28,907 nt of DNA. Origin: PVC group bacterium. Lineage in GTDB: Bacteria > Auribacterota > Erginobacteria > Erginobacterales > Erginobacteraceae. Position numbers and translations under genes: made by a program. Where the stretch lies: NCBI GenBank assembly GCA_043804695.1, contig JAZDIV010000143.1, positions 1 to 28,907 of the forward strand. Direction: 5' to 3'. The stretch's first letter is position 1, and each line of letters begins with the position of its first letter. This document shows positions 18,169-26,962 of the stretch, one piece after another. The notes under the pieces are model-generated. The model had not been told where the DNA came from and searched no databases. It worked only from the letters and a program-made list of their open reading frames with translations.

Positions 18169-18659
18169 TTGACAGCGGTCAACTCCAAAACTGGCGTCCT
18201 CAGGGACCGGCCATCCCCGCTCCTTTTCGCCGCCCTGGTCATCCTCACCGTCCTGGTCTACCGGCAGACGCTCTTCTCTTCCTTTCATTTCGACGACCGG
18301 TCTTCAATTCCGGCAATCCGAAGTACCACGACAACGGCCGGTTCGGAACCGGCGCCGGCACGGAAAAAGTCATGGGCGGCGTGGAGGCCCCCGGCCATTT
18401 CGCGTACGCGGTCACCCAGATCCGGGTCTTCGCCACCTACCTCCGGCTGGTCCTCTTCCCCGTCCGCCAGAACCTGAACGAACTGGAACCGGAGAATGCC
18501 GCCGCTCATCTCCAGGCGGGCCTGATCTGTGCCCTAGTGAAGAAAGATCGTCAAACAGCCGTTCCTTATCTCAAACACGCCCTGGAACTCGACCCCTCGC
18601 TGCCGGATCGAGACCGGATCGAGAAACTGCTCGGCGGACCCAGGAGCCTGTCTGAGTAA
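18169..18659 (+). pseudogene. Internally deleted, frameshifted remnant of a TMTC-like multi-TM TPR protein
   Basis: Frame A gives VYRQTLFSSFHFDDRSSI (N-terminal TM+DD motif). Frame B gives YAVTQIRVFATYLRLVLFPVRQNL joined directly to a final TPR (ELEPENAAAH...ALELDP). Confidence 0.7.
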
Positions 18660-18692
18660 TGGCTCCTAGTTTTTCACCGCCGTGATTCTCCC

Positions 18693-18721
18693 TTGCCGGT
18701 TTTCCCGGCTTTGGCTATACT
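18693..18721 (+). promoter_or_regulatory. Putative sigma70 promoter of the kinase/regulator pair
   Basis: TTGCCG, 17 nt spacer, TATACT, 16 nt upstream of ATG 18738. Confidence 0.6.
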
Positions 18722-18737
18722 GAGAAATCTTGGACCG

Positions 18738-19874
18738 ATGAAAAACGGCGCTCTGACAAAAAAACAGCTTCTGGAAGAAGTCCGCCGTCTCCGGCGGGAG
18801 GTGTCCCGGCTGGAGAAAGCGCGGGAAACGGATGCCGCGGCTGGAATCGGGAAAGCACAGCTGCGCATGCTGGTGGAAGCCCTGCCCGACGTGGTCCTGA
18901 CCCTGGACGGCGCGGGGCGGTACCTGAAGATGCTGGCCCGGAGAAACGGCCTGCTGGGCGCCCTGCCGGAGGAACTGGACGGGAAATGTATTCATGACAT
19001 CATACCCCGGGAAACAGCCGACCAGTGCGTTGCCATCATCGGCAAAACCATCGAATCCGGGGAGGGACAGGTCGTGGAGTATGAGCTGGACGTCATCGAG
19101 GGCCACCGGTGGTTCGAGGGACGGACCTCACCGCTCAGGGAACCGGACGGATCGATCTCGAAGGTGCTCTGGATAGCACGCGATGTCACCGGGCGGAAAC
19201 AGGCGGAAGAGAGGATAAAAACCGCCCTCGAGGAGAAGGAACTGCTGCTGAAGGAGATCTATCACCGGGTAAAGAACAACCTCCAGATAATCATCAGCCT
19301 TCTCAAGCTCCAGGCCGGCTATGTAACCGACAGCGAGACACAGGAACTCTTCCGGAAAAGCCGCAACCGGATAGCCTCCATGGCGATCATCCACGAGATA
19401 CTGTACAGCGCCGACAATCTGACCAGCGTGGATTTTAACCGGTATATACACACCCTGATCAGCCACCTTTTTTCCGGATACGCGATCCAGCCCGGGAAAA
19501 TCCGGCTGGAGACGGATATCCGGGATATCTTTCTCGACATCAACACGGCCATCCCCTGCGGATTGATTATCAACGAACTGGTTTCAAGCTGCCTCGATCG
19601 GGGTTGTCCCGATCATGACCGGGGAATCATCCGGATATCGATGCGGCGCCCGGCGGGAAAAGGGATTGAATTGTCTTTTTCCAGCCGGGGAGGCGACGGG
19701 CCGGAAGAACTGGTCGGCAAGAAAAATCCGTCATTCGGCCGGGAACTGATCGAGACGCTGACAAGACAGCTCGGAGGCAAACTGAAGATTGAACGGAACG
19801 AGTGGACGACACTCAAGATAACCTTCTCCGACAGGTTATCTACTGCGTTCAAAACTACCCCGATTTATAAATAA
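18738..19874 (+). CDS. PAS-domain HisKA_2-type histidine kinase with a degenerate ATP-binding domain
   Basis: PAS/PAC ending ARDVTGRK, H-box LLKEIYHRVKNNLQ and AIPCGLIINEL. Confidence 0.88.
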   Translation: MKNGALTKKQLLEEVRRLRREVSRLEKARETDAAAGIGKAQLRMLVEALPDVVLTLDGAGRYLKMLARRNGLLGALPEELDGKCIHDIIPRETADQCVAIIGKTIESGEGQVVEYELDVIEGHRWFEGRTSPLREPDGSISKVLWIARDVTGRKQAEERIKTALEEKELLLKEIYHRVKNNLQIIISLLKLQAGYVTDSETQELFRKSRNRIASMAIIHEILYSADNLTSVDFNRYIHTLISHLFSGYAIQPGKIRLETDIRDIFLDINTAIPCGLIINELVSSCLDRGCPDHDRGIIRISMRRPAGKGIELSFSSRGGDGPEELVGKKNPSFGRELIETLTRQLGGKLKIERNEWTTLKITFSDRLSTAFKTTPIYK

Positions 19875-19897
19875 ATCGGGGTAAGGGCCGATTGAGA

Positions 19898-20536
19898 ATG
19901 AAAAAACGGATCATGATCGTTGAAGATGAAGGCATCGTCGCCCGGGACTTAGAGAAGACACTGCTGCGGCTGGGGTACGAGGTCACGGCCGTCGTTCACT
20001 CGGGACCGGAGGCCGTCCGGCGGGCCGTCCGGGAAAAACCGGACCTGGTCCTGATGGACATCGTTCTCCCGGGGGAGATGGACGGGATCGCGGCGGCGGC
20101 ACAGATCCGCGCCCGGGCCAACGTGCCGATCATCTATCTCACGGCCTACGCTGATAATGAGATCCTGCAGCGGGCCATGGTGACCACGCCCTTCGGCTAC
20201 ATCCTGAAGCCCTTCCGGGAGAGGGAACTTTACACCAACATTGAGACCGCCCTTTGCCGTCACGCCATGGAGGAAGAGCGGGAGAAGCTGTTCAATGAGC
20301 TTCAGGAGGCGCTGGCCCGGATCAAGACGCTGGAAGGGATCCTGCCGATCTGCTCCCACTGCAAGAAGATCCGTGACGAAACGGGCCGCTGGCGCGAGGT
20401 CAGCGCCTACCTCCACGACCATTCCCGGGTGCAGTTCACCCACGGCATCTGCCCCGACTGCATACAAAACTACTACCCCGGTTTTTCCCCCGGGAGACCC
20501 GATAATCCTACCGCAGGGAGAGAAGGAACTCCTTGA
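19898..20536 (+). CDS. Response regulator (REC) with a C-terminal Cys-rich domain
   Basis: IVEDE, LMDI, YLTA and KPF motifs; tail LPICSHCKKIRD...THGICPDC. Confidence 0.9.
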   Translation: MKKRIMIVEDEGIVARDLEKTLLRLGYEVTAVVHSGPEAVRRAVREKPDLVLMDIVLPGEMDGIAAAAQIRARANVPIIYLTAYADNEILQRAMVTTPFGYILKPFRERELYTNIETALCRHAMEEEREKLFNELQEALARIKTLEGILPICSHCKKIRDETGRWREVSAYLHDHSRVQFTHGICPDCIQNYYPGFSPGRPDNPTAGREGTP

Positions 20537-21881
20537 ACCGGCGGTAGTCGTTCGGGAGCGGGATCGGTCCGCCCTTTCTCTTTTCCAGATCCCGCAGGCT
20601 GGGCGGGGCCGGGGGGTGGAGGCCGAGGAGCGCCTCGATTTCATCGGGAAATTTGGCGGGGTGGGCGGTCTCGATCGATAGGCAAAGCGGGAAATCCCCT
20701 TCTTTTTTCAGGTACTCCAGCAGCCCTTTCCAGCCCACCGCCCCATGCGGCTCCAGGAGAAGACCGTATCGGCTGTATGCCTCCACGATTGTCCCCCTGG
20801 TCTCCCCGTCGCTCACGCTCACCGAGTAGATGCGCCGCCTCATCAGATCAAGATCGGGGCAGGCGTGCACCCGGCCGGTCCGGTCAATGGCGCCGCCGTA
20901 AATGTCGAAGAAACGGGCCAGATTGCTGGGATGCCCCACGTTCATGGCGTTGGAGAGGCATTTCCGCGATGGATCGACTTTCCGGTAGATCCCGGAGGAG
21001 AGGAGCCGGGGGAACTCGTCGTTCTCGTTGGTCGGCATCAGGAGACGGTGGACGGGCAGACCCATCCGCCAGGCCAGCTCGCAGCCGAAGGCGTTGCCGA
21101 AGTTGCCGGAAGGAACACAGATCACGGCTTTTTCCCCCTCCCGGGCGACCTGGGCGTATCCCCAGATGTAGTAAATCGACTGGGGGAGGATGCGCCCGAT
21201 ATTGATGGAGTTGGCCGAGGTGAGATGCAACTCGCGCAGGTCCGGGTCGAGAAAGGCCCGCTTGACCATGTTCTGGCAGTCGTCGAACTTGCCGTCCACC
21301 ATCAGCGCCTGCACGTTATCCCCGATGGTGTCGAGCTGCTTCTTCTGGCGGGGGCTGACCTCCCCGGCCGGATAGAGGATATAGACCCGGATCCCCTCCA
21401 CCCCCTTGAAGGCCTCGCCGATGGCGCTCCCCGTGTCCCCCGAGGTCGCGACCAGAACAGTGAGCTGCCGGCCGGAGGGGCAAAGATAGCTCATCAGGCG
21501 GGACATCAGCCGGGCGGCGAAGTCCTTGAAAGAAGCGGTCGGTCCCCGGTCAAGCCGCATCACGTATTTCCGGCCATAAACGCATTCCAGAGGGATCGGG
21601 AAGTCATAGGCGTCGCGGAGAATGGCCGCCAGGTCTTTCAGCGGCACGATGTCCTCCCAGAAATGCCTTCCCACCGCCAGCGCCGCCACCCAGTAGGGCT
21701 GATCCTTCAGGCTGGCGATCTCCCCCGGCGAGAGGACGGGGAGGCGTTCGGGCATGAACAGCCCGGCATCCGGCGCCTGGCCCATCATCAGGGCCTCCCG
21801 GAAGCCGACCGGCTCCCGGAAAGGAGGAATTCCCTCCGCTTCCAGGTTCCGGTTCGTGCTGTAATAGCGGATCGGTGACAT
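20508..21881 (-). CDS. thrC: Threonine synthase
   Basis: GQAPDAGLFMP, GPTASFKD (PLP Lys), ATSGDTG, SANSINIGR, VPSGNFGN and ETAHPAKF motifs. Confidence 0.93.
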   Translation of the reverse strand: MSPIRYYSTNRNLEAEGIPPFREPVGFREALMMGQAPDAGLFMPERLPVLSPGEIASLKDQPYWVAALAVGRHFWEDIVPLKDLAAILRDAYDFPIPLECVYGRKYVMRLDRGPTASFKDFAARLMSRLMSYLCPSGRQLTVLVATSGDTGSAIGEAFKGVEGIRVYILYPAGEVSPRQKKQLDTIGDNVQALMVDGKFDDCQNMVKRAFLDPDLRELHLTSANSINIGRILPQSIYYIWGYAQVAREGEKAVICVPSGNFGNAFGCELAWRMGLPVHRLLMPTNENDEFPRLLSSGIYRKVDPSRKCLSNAMNVGHPSNLARFFDIYGGAIDRTGRVHACPDLDLMRRRIYSVSVSDGETRGTIVEAYSRYGLLLEPHGAVGWKGLLEYLKKEGDFPLCLSIETAHPAKFPDEIEALLGLHPPAPPSLRDLEKRKGGPIPLPNDYRRFKEFLLSLR

Positions 21882-21910
21882 GTCGCAATTGAGCGCCTCC
21901 GGCGCAATTG

Positions 21911-22027
21911 GGTGACGGTTACGGTAACGAGGCCCGTTTCGTCTACTGGTTACGGTTACGTGCGCCGGGCGGAGCGGCCATTATCGTTACCCTCACCGAT
22001 ACGGGCCTCGTTACCCTAACCGTTACC
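21911..22027. repeat. Inverted hexamer-based arms (GGTWAC)n, 28/31 match, with no ORF between them
   Basis: 21911-21941 versus the reverse complement of 21997-22027. The same hexamer occurs at 41-53. Confidence 0.8.
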
Positions 22028-22129
22028 TTTTACGAAAATTTCAAAGTAGGGATATTAGCAGAAGAGCGCAGTAGAACAAACAGAAGAGATGAGTCCGGCC
22101 GGCGGCCTACCACTCGACCGCGCGCCGGT

Positions 22130-22861
22130 TTACTCCGCGACCGCCCGGCCTTCCGCGTAGGTCGTCACTTTGATCTGCTTGCCGGAACTGTTCCAGAAAA
22201 CCCATCTGCCCTGAGGGAGGTTGTTCCGGTACTCGCCTTCCGCCATCTTCTGGCCGTTCTCGAACCAGGCGGCGAAGAGGCCGTGACGGTCGCCGGAGAA
22301 GTACTCAATCCGGCTTTTCAGCTGGCCGTTCGCATACCGGGTCTCGCGGGTGCCGGTCTGCCCGGAAAGATCTTCCAACCTCCGGTCCCGATATGCTTCC
22401 TTGATCTTCCCGGAGACAAGGTATCCAACCGCGGCCAGGCCGAAGGCGGCCAGCACCGCGATCAGGATGATGACCAATCGCCGGGTCCGCCGTTTTTTTC
22501 TTTCGACCGTCTCCAGATATTCCCTGAATTCCTTCCAGTAGTCTCTCGTTCCGGCTTTTTGAAAGAACAGATCGAGAGCCTCTTTCATCGGCTCGGCGGG
22601 CGTGAAGCGGTAGTATTCCCGGCGCATCACTCCCTCGATCTTGGTCTGGAGGAGCCCGCCGGCTTTCAGCGCCGAGAGCGCTCCGGCCACCAGCTTGATC
22701 CGGTCATCGCCGAGACGACCGGCGATCCCGGCCGCGTCATTGTCTTCGGCGGGGTTGTCATAAAAAAAGGAGACCGGATCCGCCTTGAGCGGACTGTCAA
22801 CAACCCTGAGAATCGGAGCGAATTCCTTTATCTCCTCTACTTTTTGACCCGGTTCAATCAT
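22130..22861 (-). CDS. Single-pass membrane protein with C-terminal MORN-variant (YwqK-like) repeats
   Basis: TM after RKKRRTRR; YANGQLK...HGLFAAWFENGQKMAEGEY...GRWVFW. ATGA overlap with the upstream stop. Confidence 0.75.
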   Translation of the reverse strand: MIEPGQKVEEIKEFAPILRVVDSPLKADPVSFFYDNPAEDNDAAGIAGRLGDDRIKLVAGALSALKAGGLLQTKIEGVMRREYYRFTPAEPMKEALDLFFQKAGTRDYWKEFREYLETVERKKRRTRRLVIILIAVLAAFGLAAVGYLVSGKIKEAYRDRRLEDLSGQTGTRETRYANGQLKSRIEYFSGDRHGLFAAWFENGQKMAEGEYRNNLPQGRWVFWNSSGKQIKVTTYAEGRAVAE

Positions 22862-23763
22862 CTCCCGGACACTCCCTTCTTCTGCTGTTCATCCCACCAT
22901 TGCTCCCAGCGCTTGATGGCCGCCTTCCGCACTTCAAGAGGATCCGACGGGTCAAAACCGAAATTTTTCCCGGTTATTTCCCGGAGGAATTGAACCGCCT
23001 GTTCCCTGACCACTCCCTTCTTGTCGCGCGCGGCCGAGCTCAGGTTGACGATCAAGACCGGGATCCCTTCGGTATCGCCCAGGCGGGCCAGGGCGAGAGC
23101 GGCGTCGTTCCTCACCCAGAGGTTGGGGTTATAGATACTGTTGCGGAGATAGGGGACGGCCCCCTTGTCGCCCAGTTTGCCGAGCGCGGTGGCGGACGCG
23201 CTCCGGACATACGAACTCTCATCATTCAGGCCCGCGATCAGTTTCGCGTACGCCGCCGGGACCTTGAGGTTCCCGAGCGCTTCCGCCGCGGCCCAGCGCA
23301 CGTAGAAGCTCTCGTCCTGCAGAGCATTGAGGAGCGGCCCATGAACCCGGGGGTCATTAAAACGCCCCAGGGCGACGACACAGTCATACCGGACATAATC
23401 GCTGCCCTCTTGGGAGCCCGTGATCAATGCCGGGATGGAGCTGTAATCCCGGATAGTGCCCAGGGCCTGGGCGGAGTACCGCCCAATCAGTTCCTTGGAG
23501 TCCTGCAGGGACATCACCAGGTAGGGAACAGCAACCACATCATTTCCGGTCGCCCGGTTGGAGAGCTCTTTAGCGGCCGCCATCCGCTGAAGAAAATCTT
23601 CCTTGCTCAGATCAGAAATATAGTTGACAACATCTTCCTCGTCCTCCCTCCCGCCGCAGCCGGGAAGAAGGGCGCAGATGAAAAACAGGACGATGCAACA
23701 GAGACGGGCGCGGAAGACGAGCGGGGCGGGGGCGGCCTCGGGGAGAGCGGATCGTTTATTCAT
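22858..23763 (-). CDS. HEAT/PBS-lyase repeat lipoprotein
   Basis: Lipobox LLPGC and repeated L.D...YVR..AA.ALG units; start uncertain (23763 or 23799). Confidence 0.85.
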   Translation of the reverse strand: MNKRSALPEAAPAPLVFRARLCCIVLFFICALLPGCGGREDEEDVVNYISDLSKEDFLQRMAAAKELSNRATGNDVVAVPYLVMSLQDSKELIGRYSAQALGTIRDYSSIPALITGSQEGSDYVRYDCVVALGRFNDPRVHGPLLNALQDESFYVRWAAAEALGNLKVPAAYAKLIAGLNDESSYVRSASATALGKLGDKGAVPYLRNSIYNPNLWVRNDAALALARLGDTEGIPVLIVNLSSAARDKKGVVREQAVQFLREITGKNFGFDPSDPLEVRKAAIKRWEQWWDEQQKKGVSGR

Positions 23764-23858
23764 GATTGCCCCCGAATAATACTGATGCAATAATGCCATA
23801 AGAACCTAGCCTCGCAACTATTTAACTACGAATCTTCGCTAATCTTCGCGAATCTTTG

Positions 23859-23906
23859 GTAGCCGCACCTTTTAAGGTGCGTCCCGAAAGCTTTCGAGAC
23901 GGCTAC
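23859..23906. repeat. GTAG...CTAC REP-like element
   Basis: gtagccgcaccttttaaggtgcg...ggctac. It is followed by catttattg and gaaattccgaagcag, like the element at 11663-11886. Confidence 0.6.
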
Positions 23907-24119
23907 CATTTATTGTCCCAGACACGGCTTTAGACGTGAAATTCCGAAGCAGAGTATATTAGGTTAACACCTGCCGGTTCATCAGTCAAACAAAATCCTC
24001 CAATTCACATCCCGATCACCGGTCCTGCCCGCCGGCAGGCTTCGCGGTTTAACCCGAATTATTCATGAAAATTAATGCGGTTGCCCGTACCGGCGACACG
24101 GTTTTCGATCAGGCGATGG

Positions 24120-26390
24120 CTACCTCGCTACGGGCTCGTCTCCGGCCGTGCCGAAATAGAGGCGGCTCACCCCCCGCACCGCCCAGAGGCCGCTGCTCTC
24201 CCGGAAGATTCCGGGGTCGGCCGTGCCGTCGCCGTCATAATCCCCCGGGGTCGGACGGTCGCCCGCCCGGCCGAAGTAAAACCGGCTCACCCCCCGCGCC
24301 GCCCAGAGGCCGCTGCTTTCCCGGAAGATTCCGGGATCGGCCGTGCCGTCGCCGTCAAAATCCCCCGGGGCCGGACGATCACCCGGTCCGCCGTAATAGA
24401 ACCGGCTCACCCCCCGCACCGCCCAGAGGCCGCTGGTCTCCCGGAAGATACCGCAGTCCGTGCTGCCGTCGCCGTTAAAATCCCCCGGGACTGGACGGTC
24501 GCCCGCCCGGCCGAAGTAGAACCGGCTCACTCCCCGCACCGCCCAGAGGCCGCTGCTCTCCCGGAACAAGGCCGGGTCGGCGATTCCGTCTCCGTCATAG
24601 TCGGCGGGGAGAGGGAGATCGTTGACCGTGCCGAAGGAGAACCGGCTCACCCCCCGCACCGCCCAGAGTCCGGACAGGCGCCGGTAAAAAGCGATCCCGG
24701 CGATCCCGTCACCGGTATAATCAGCAGGGGCCGGGATATCGGCGGGGCCGCCGAAGTACCGCCTCGTCACTCCTCTCACAGCCCAGAGGCCGAGCGGATC
24801 GCGGAAAACCGCGATATCGGAATCCCCGTCACCGTCGTAATCCGCCGGACCGGCCAGGACCGGTTCCGACGTCTCCACCGGGCCGATATCGGGACCTCCT
24901 CCCGCGCTCCGGGGATTACCGTAATAGTCAAACGAGGGCAGGAGAACGCCGGCCGCGGTTCCCCGGTCCCGGCAGGGCGATCCGTAGGACGCCCGGAAAT
25001 CTTCTTCCGGCGCGGAGACCAGAAGCGGGTCGGCGGCGATGTTGCCGGAACAGGCGGCAAGGCCGTTCAGTCCGGTGACGGTGGAGGCGGAAACCTGTCC
25101 CGAATAAAGACCGGCCGGCATGTCGTAATAAAGAGAGTTCAGGGAGCGCAGATCCGGCGTCCCCAGGTAAAAGGTGTGATCGAGGTCGATGAAGATGGAA
25201 TTGACCGCTTCGAACTTTTCGGCGCTGCCTCCATCGTAGGCGTAGGTCCCGCAGTAGCCCTCCCCCTTCTTCATCAGGATGGAATTGATCATCCGGCATG
25301 GTCCGTCTTCAATGACAAAAGCGGCGTCGGCGTCGGCTTCGTAGATGATGGAGTTGATCACCTCCCCGTCGTGCCAGAACTTGACGCCGTTCCGCCCGAT
25401 CCCCGAGAGCAGGGTATTGACGACGCAGACCCCGAACGACTTGGTGTCGATCCCGTCCCCCTGGATATTCTCGATCAGGCAGTTGTCGATCAGGACGTTC
25501 CGGCAGTTGACCACCGCGAAGCCGTCCACCGCGGTTGACCCGTCCTCCTGGGGGTCGTTGCGGACCTCGACACCGGAGATCCGCACTCCCTTCACGTTGG
25601 CGTCGTCTTCATCCCCGATGTTGATCGGCATGTCCACATCCTCGATCCGGACACCGGAGAAAATCAGCCCCTCGATCTGGTACTTGATCCCCGGGTCATC
25701 GGGATCGAACTCGCGGCCGGAGAAGTACCCCGCCGACACGTAGTTGGTCGAGAAGAGCTGTGTGATAAAACCGGAGCCCCTCTTTCTGAACTCCCGGGCC
25801 CGGATATTTTTGATAACCAGATTCTCCAGCGGGGGCTGGTTGAACTGGGTCCCGAAGACAAAGGGGGTGGACCATCCCTCCAGGGTGAGATCGCTGATGG
25901 TGATATTCCGGCAGGGACTGTATGAATACAGGAGTACCTCTTCACCCCAGGAGGAGGGGTTCGCCGGCCAGATGTCGGGGCGGATGATCACCTCTTCACC
26001 GGGGTAGGCGGTGATCATCAGGTCACCCCGCTCGATCTCCAGATATTCGTAGGCGGAAGAACGGTAGTGCACCCCTCCCCGGAGATAGATCACGAACGGC
26101 AGCGAAGGGTTGGCGTTGGCGTACTCGATCGCGGCGCCCAGGTGCTGCTTGGGAGAGGCAAGAGAAAGTCCCGAATTGGAGTCGGCCCCGTCGGTCGCCA
26201 CGTAGAGGGGTGTCTTCCCGGCGGCGGTCGTCGTATCCTCCGGGATGTCTCCCGCCGCCAGGTATTCCGACGCGGCCAGGATCTCGGAGAGCGGGGGAAT
26301 CGTCCGGCACGGTGACGGAGACGGAAAGGCGGCAAAAAGCACCCAGAGCCCCGGCAGGAGTATCAACACCGGCAATCGCACCCTCTTCAT
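24120..26390 (-). CDS. Secreted right-handed beta-helix (pectin-lyase-like) protein with C-terminal FG-GAP/VCBS-like repeats
   Basis: Signal peptide, YVATDGADSNSG, beta-helix-type segments (NIQGDGID), PDIGPVE, then six 40-aa DYDGDG..D repeats. GGAGG RBS. Confidence 0.8.
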   Translation of the reverse strand: MKRVRLPVLILLPGLWVLFAAFPSPSPCRTIPPLSEILAASEYLAAGDIPEDTTTAAGKTPLYVATDGADSNSGLSLASPKQHLGAAIEYANANPSLPFVIYLRGGVHYRSSAYEYLEIERGDLMITAYPGEEVIIRPDIWPANPSSWGEEVLLYSYSPCRNITISDLTLEGWSTPFVFGTQFNQPPLENLVIKNIRAREFRKRGSGFITQLFSTNYVSAGYFSGREFDPDDPGIKYQIEGLIFSGVRIEDVDMPINIGDEDDANVKGVRISGVEVRNDPQEDGSTAVDGFAVVNCRNVLIDNCLIENIQGDGIDTKSFGVCVVNTLLSGIGRNGVKFWHDGEVINSIIYEADADAAFVIEDGPCRMINSILMKKGEGYCGTYAYDGGSAEKFEAVNSIFIDLDHTFYLGTPDLRSLNSLYYDMPAGLYSGQVSASTVTGLNGLAACSGNIAADPLLVSAPEEDFRASYGSPCRDRGTAAGVLLPSFDYYGNPRSAGGGPDIGPVETSEPVLAGPADYDGDGDSDIAVFRDPLGLWAVRGVTRRYFGGPADIPAPADYTGDGIAGIAFYRRLSGLWAVRGVSRFSFGTVNDLPLPADYDGDGIADPALFRESSGLWAVRGVSRFYFGRAGDRPVPGDFNGDGSTDCGIFRETSGLWAVRGVSRFYYGGPGDRPAPGDFDGDGTADPGIFRESSGLWAARGVSRFYFGRAGDRPTPGDYDGDGTADPGIFRESSGLWAVRGVSRLYFGTAGDEPVAR
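24141..24845. repeat. 120-bp coding tandem repeat, six copies
   Basis: GCCCAGAG recurs at 24181, 24301, 24421, 24541, 24661 and 24781. Confidence 0.9.
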
Positions 26391-26666
26391 CACCTGGTTC
26401 CTCCCCGTTCCTTGACTAAATATACATCATTTCACGTCTATCCCCAACCACCTCTTTTTCTCACTTGACGCTCATCGGACCCGGTGCGATATTGGACGTG
26501 CTTCCCGGGAAGTGCAGCACTTAATAGCCACCAAGACACAAAGGCACCAAGAAAAGAGAGAAAAGAACTGCATATATTTGTTCTTCCTCGGTGTCTTACC
26601 GCGCCCCGTAGCAGAGTTCTGTATGGGGATGTCTTGGAGGTAAGAAGTCACGCCAAAAAAACTACG

Positions 26667-26806
26667 AAGGAGAGCATTAAATAGATTGCATTATTTGAGA
26701 TAGTCATTGCGAGCGCAGCGAAGCAATCCCTTGTTCTCAAAATGATTGAGATTGCTTCGTCACTTCGTTCCTCGCAATGACATGTAACCTATTTTATGCT
26801 CTCCTT
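26667..26806. mobile_element. MITE-like element with 18-bp TIRs around the GTCATTGCGAG palindrome (copy 3)
   Basis: AAGGAGAGCATTAAATAG / CTATTTTATGCTCTCCTT (1 mismatch); core palindrome at 26703-26781. Confidence 0.7.
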
Positions 26807-26837
26807 AGTAAGTCCTGCTGGAATTGCAATAACCATC

Positions 26838-26942
26838 TGTGGGAGGGGCATCTTGCCTCGATCAAAGAGCAGTCAATTGTGGGAGAGGTTTCCAACCTCG
26901 ATCCAGGGAAGCCGGGAATCGGGCTTAAAAAGCCCTCTCACA
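26838..26942. repeat. TGTGGGAG-type REP cluster
   Basis: Units start at 26838 and 26878, and an inverted partner ends at 26942. Confidence 0.65.
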
Positions 26943-26962
26943 GTTGCGGAGTTAATTTACTT

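Noticed and set aside
20508..20536. 29-bp convergent overlap of the response regulator and thrC
   Set aside because: Short tail-to-tail overlaps are common and the regulator tail is low-complexity.
22130..23763. Toxin-antitoxin pair suggested by YwqK-like repeats
   Set aside because: No toxin domain is recognisable; MORN-variant and HEAT repeats are generic scaffolds.
24141..24845. DGR TR/VR or CRISPR reading of the 120-bp repeats
   Set aside because: They are in-frame coding repeats and the differences are not confined to adenines.
24075..25538. Long plus-strand ORFs antisense to real genes (also 2484-3476, 8087-9055, 20745-21878, 21908-22993, 22900-23793)
   Set aside because: Shadow ORFs of GC-rich coding DNA with no recognisable motifs.
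26777..26962. N-terminal extension of the RsbW-like ORF (likewise 9543-9632, 17760-17810, 1964-1990)
   Set aside because: These run through repeat or promoter DNA; downstream ATGs fit the domain starts better, with a clear RBS in some cases.
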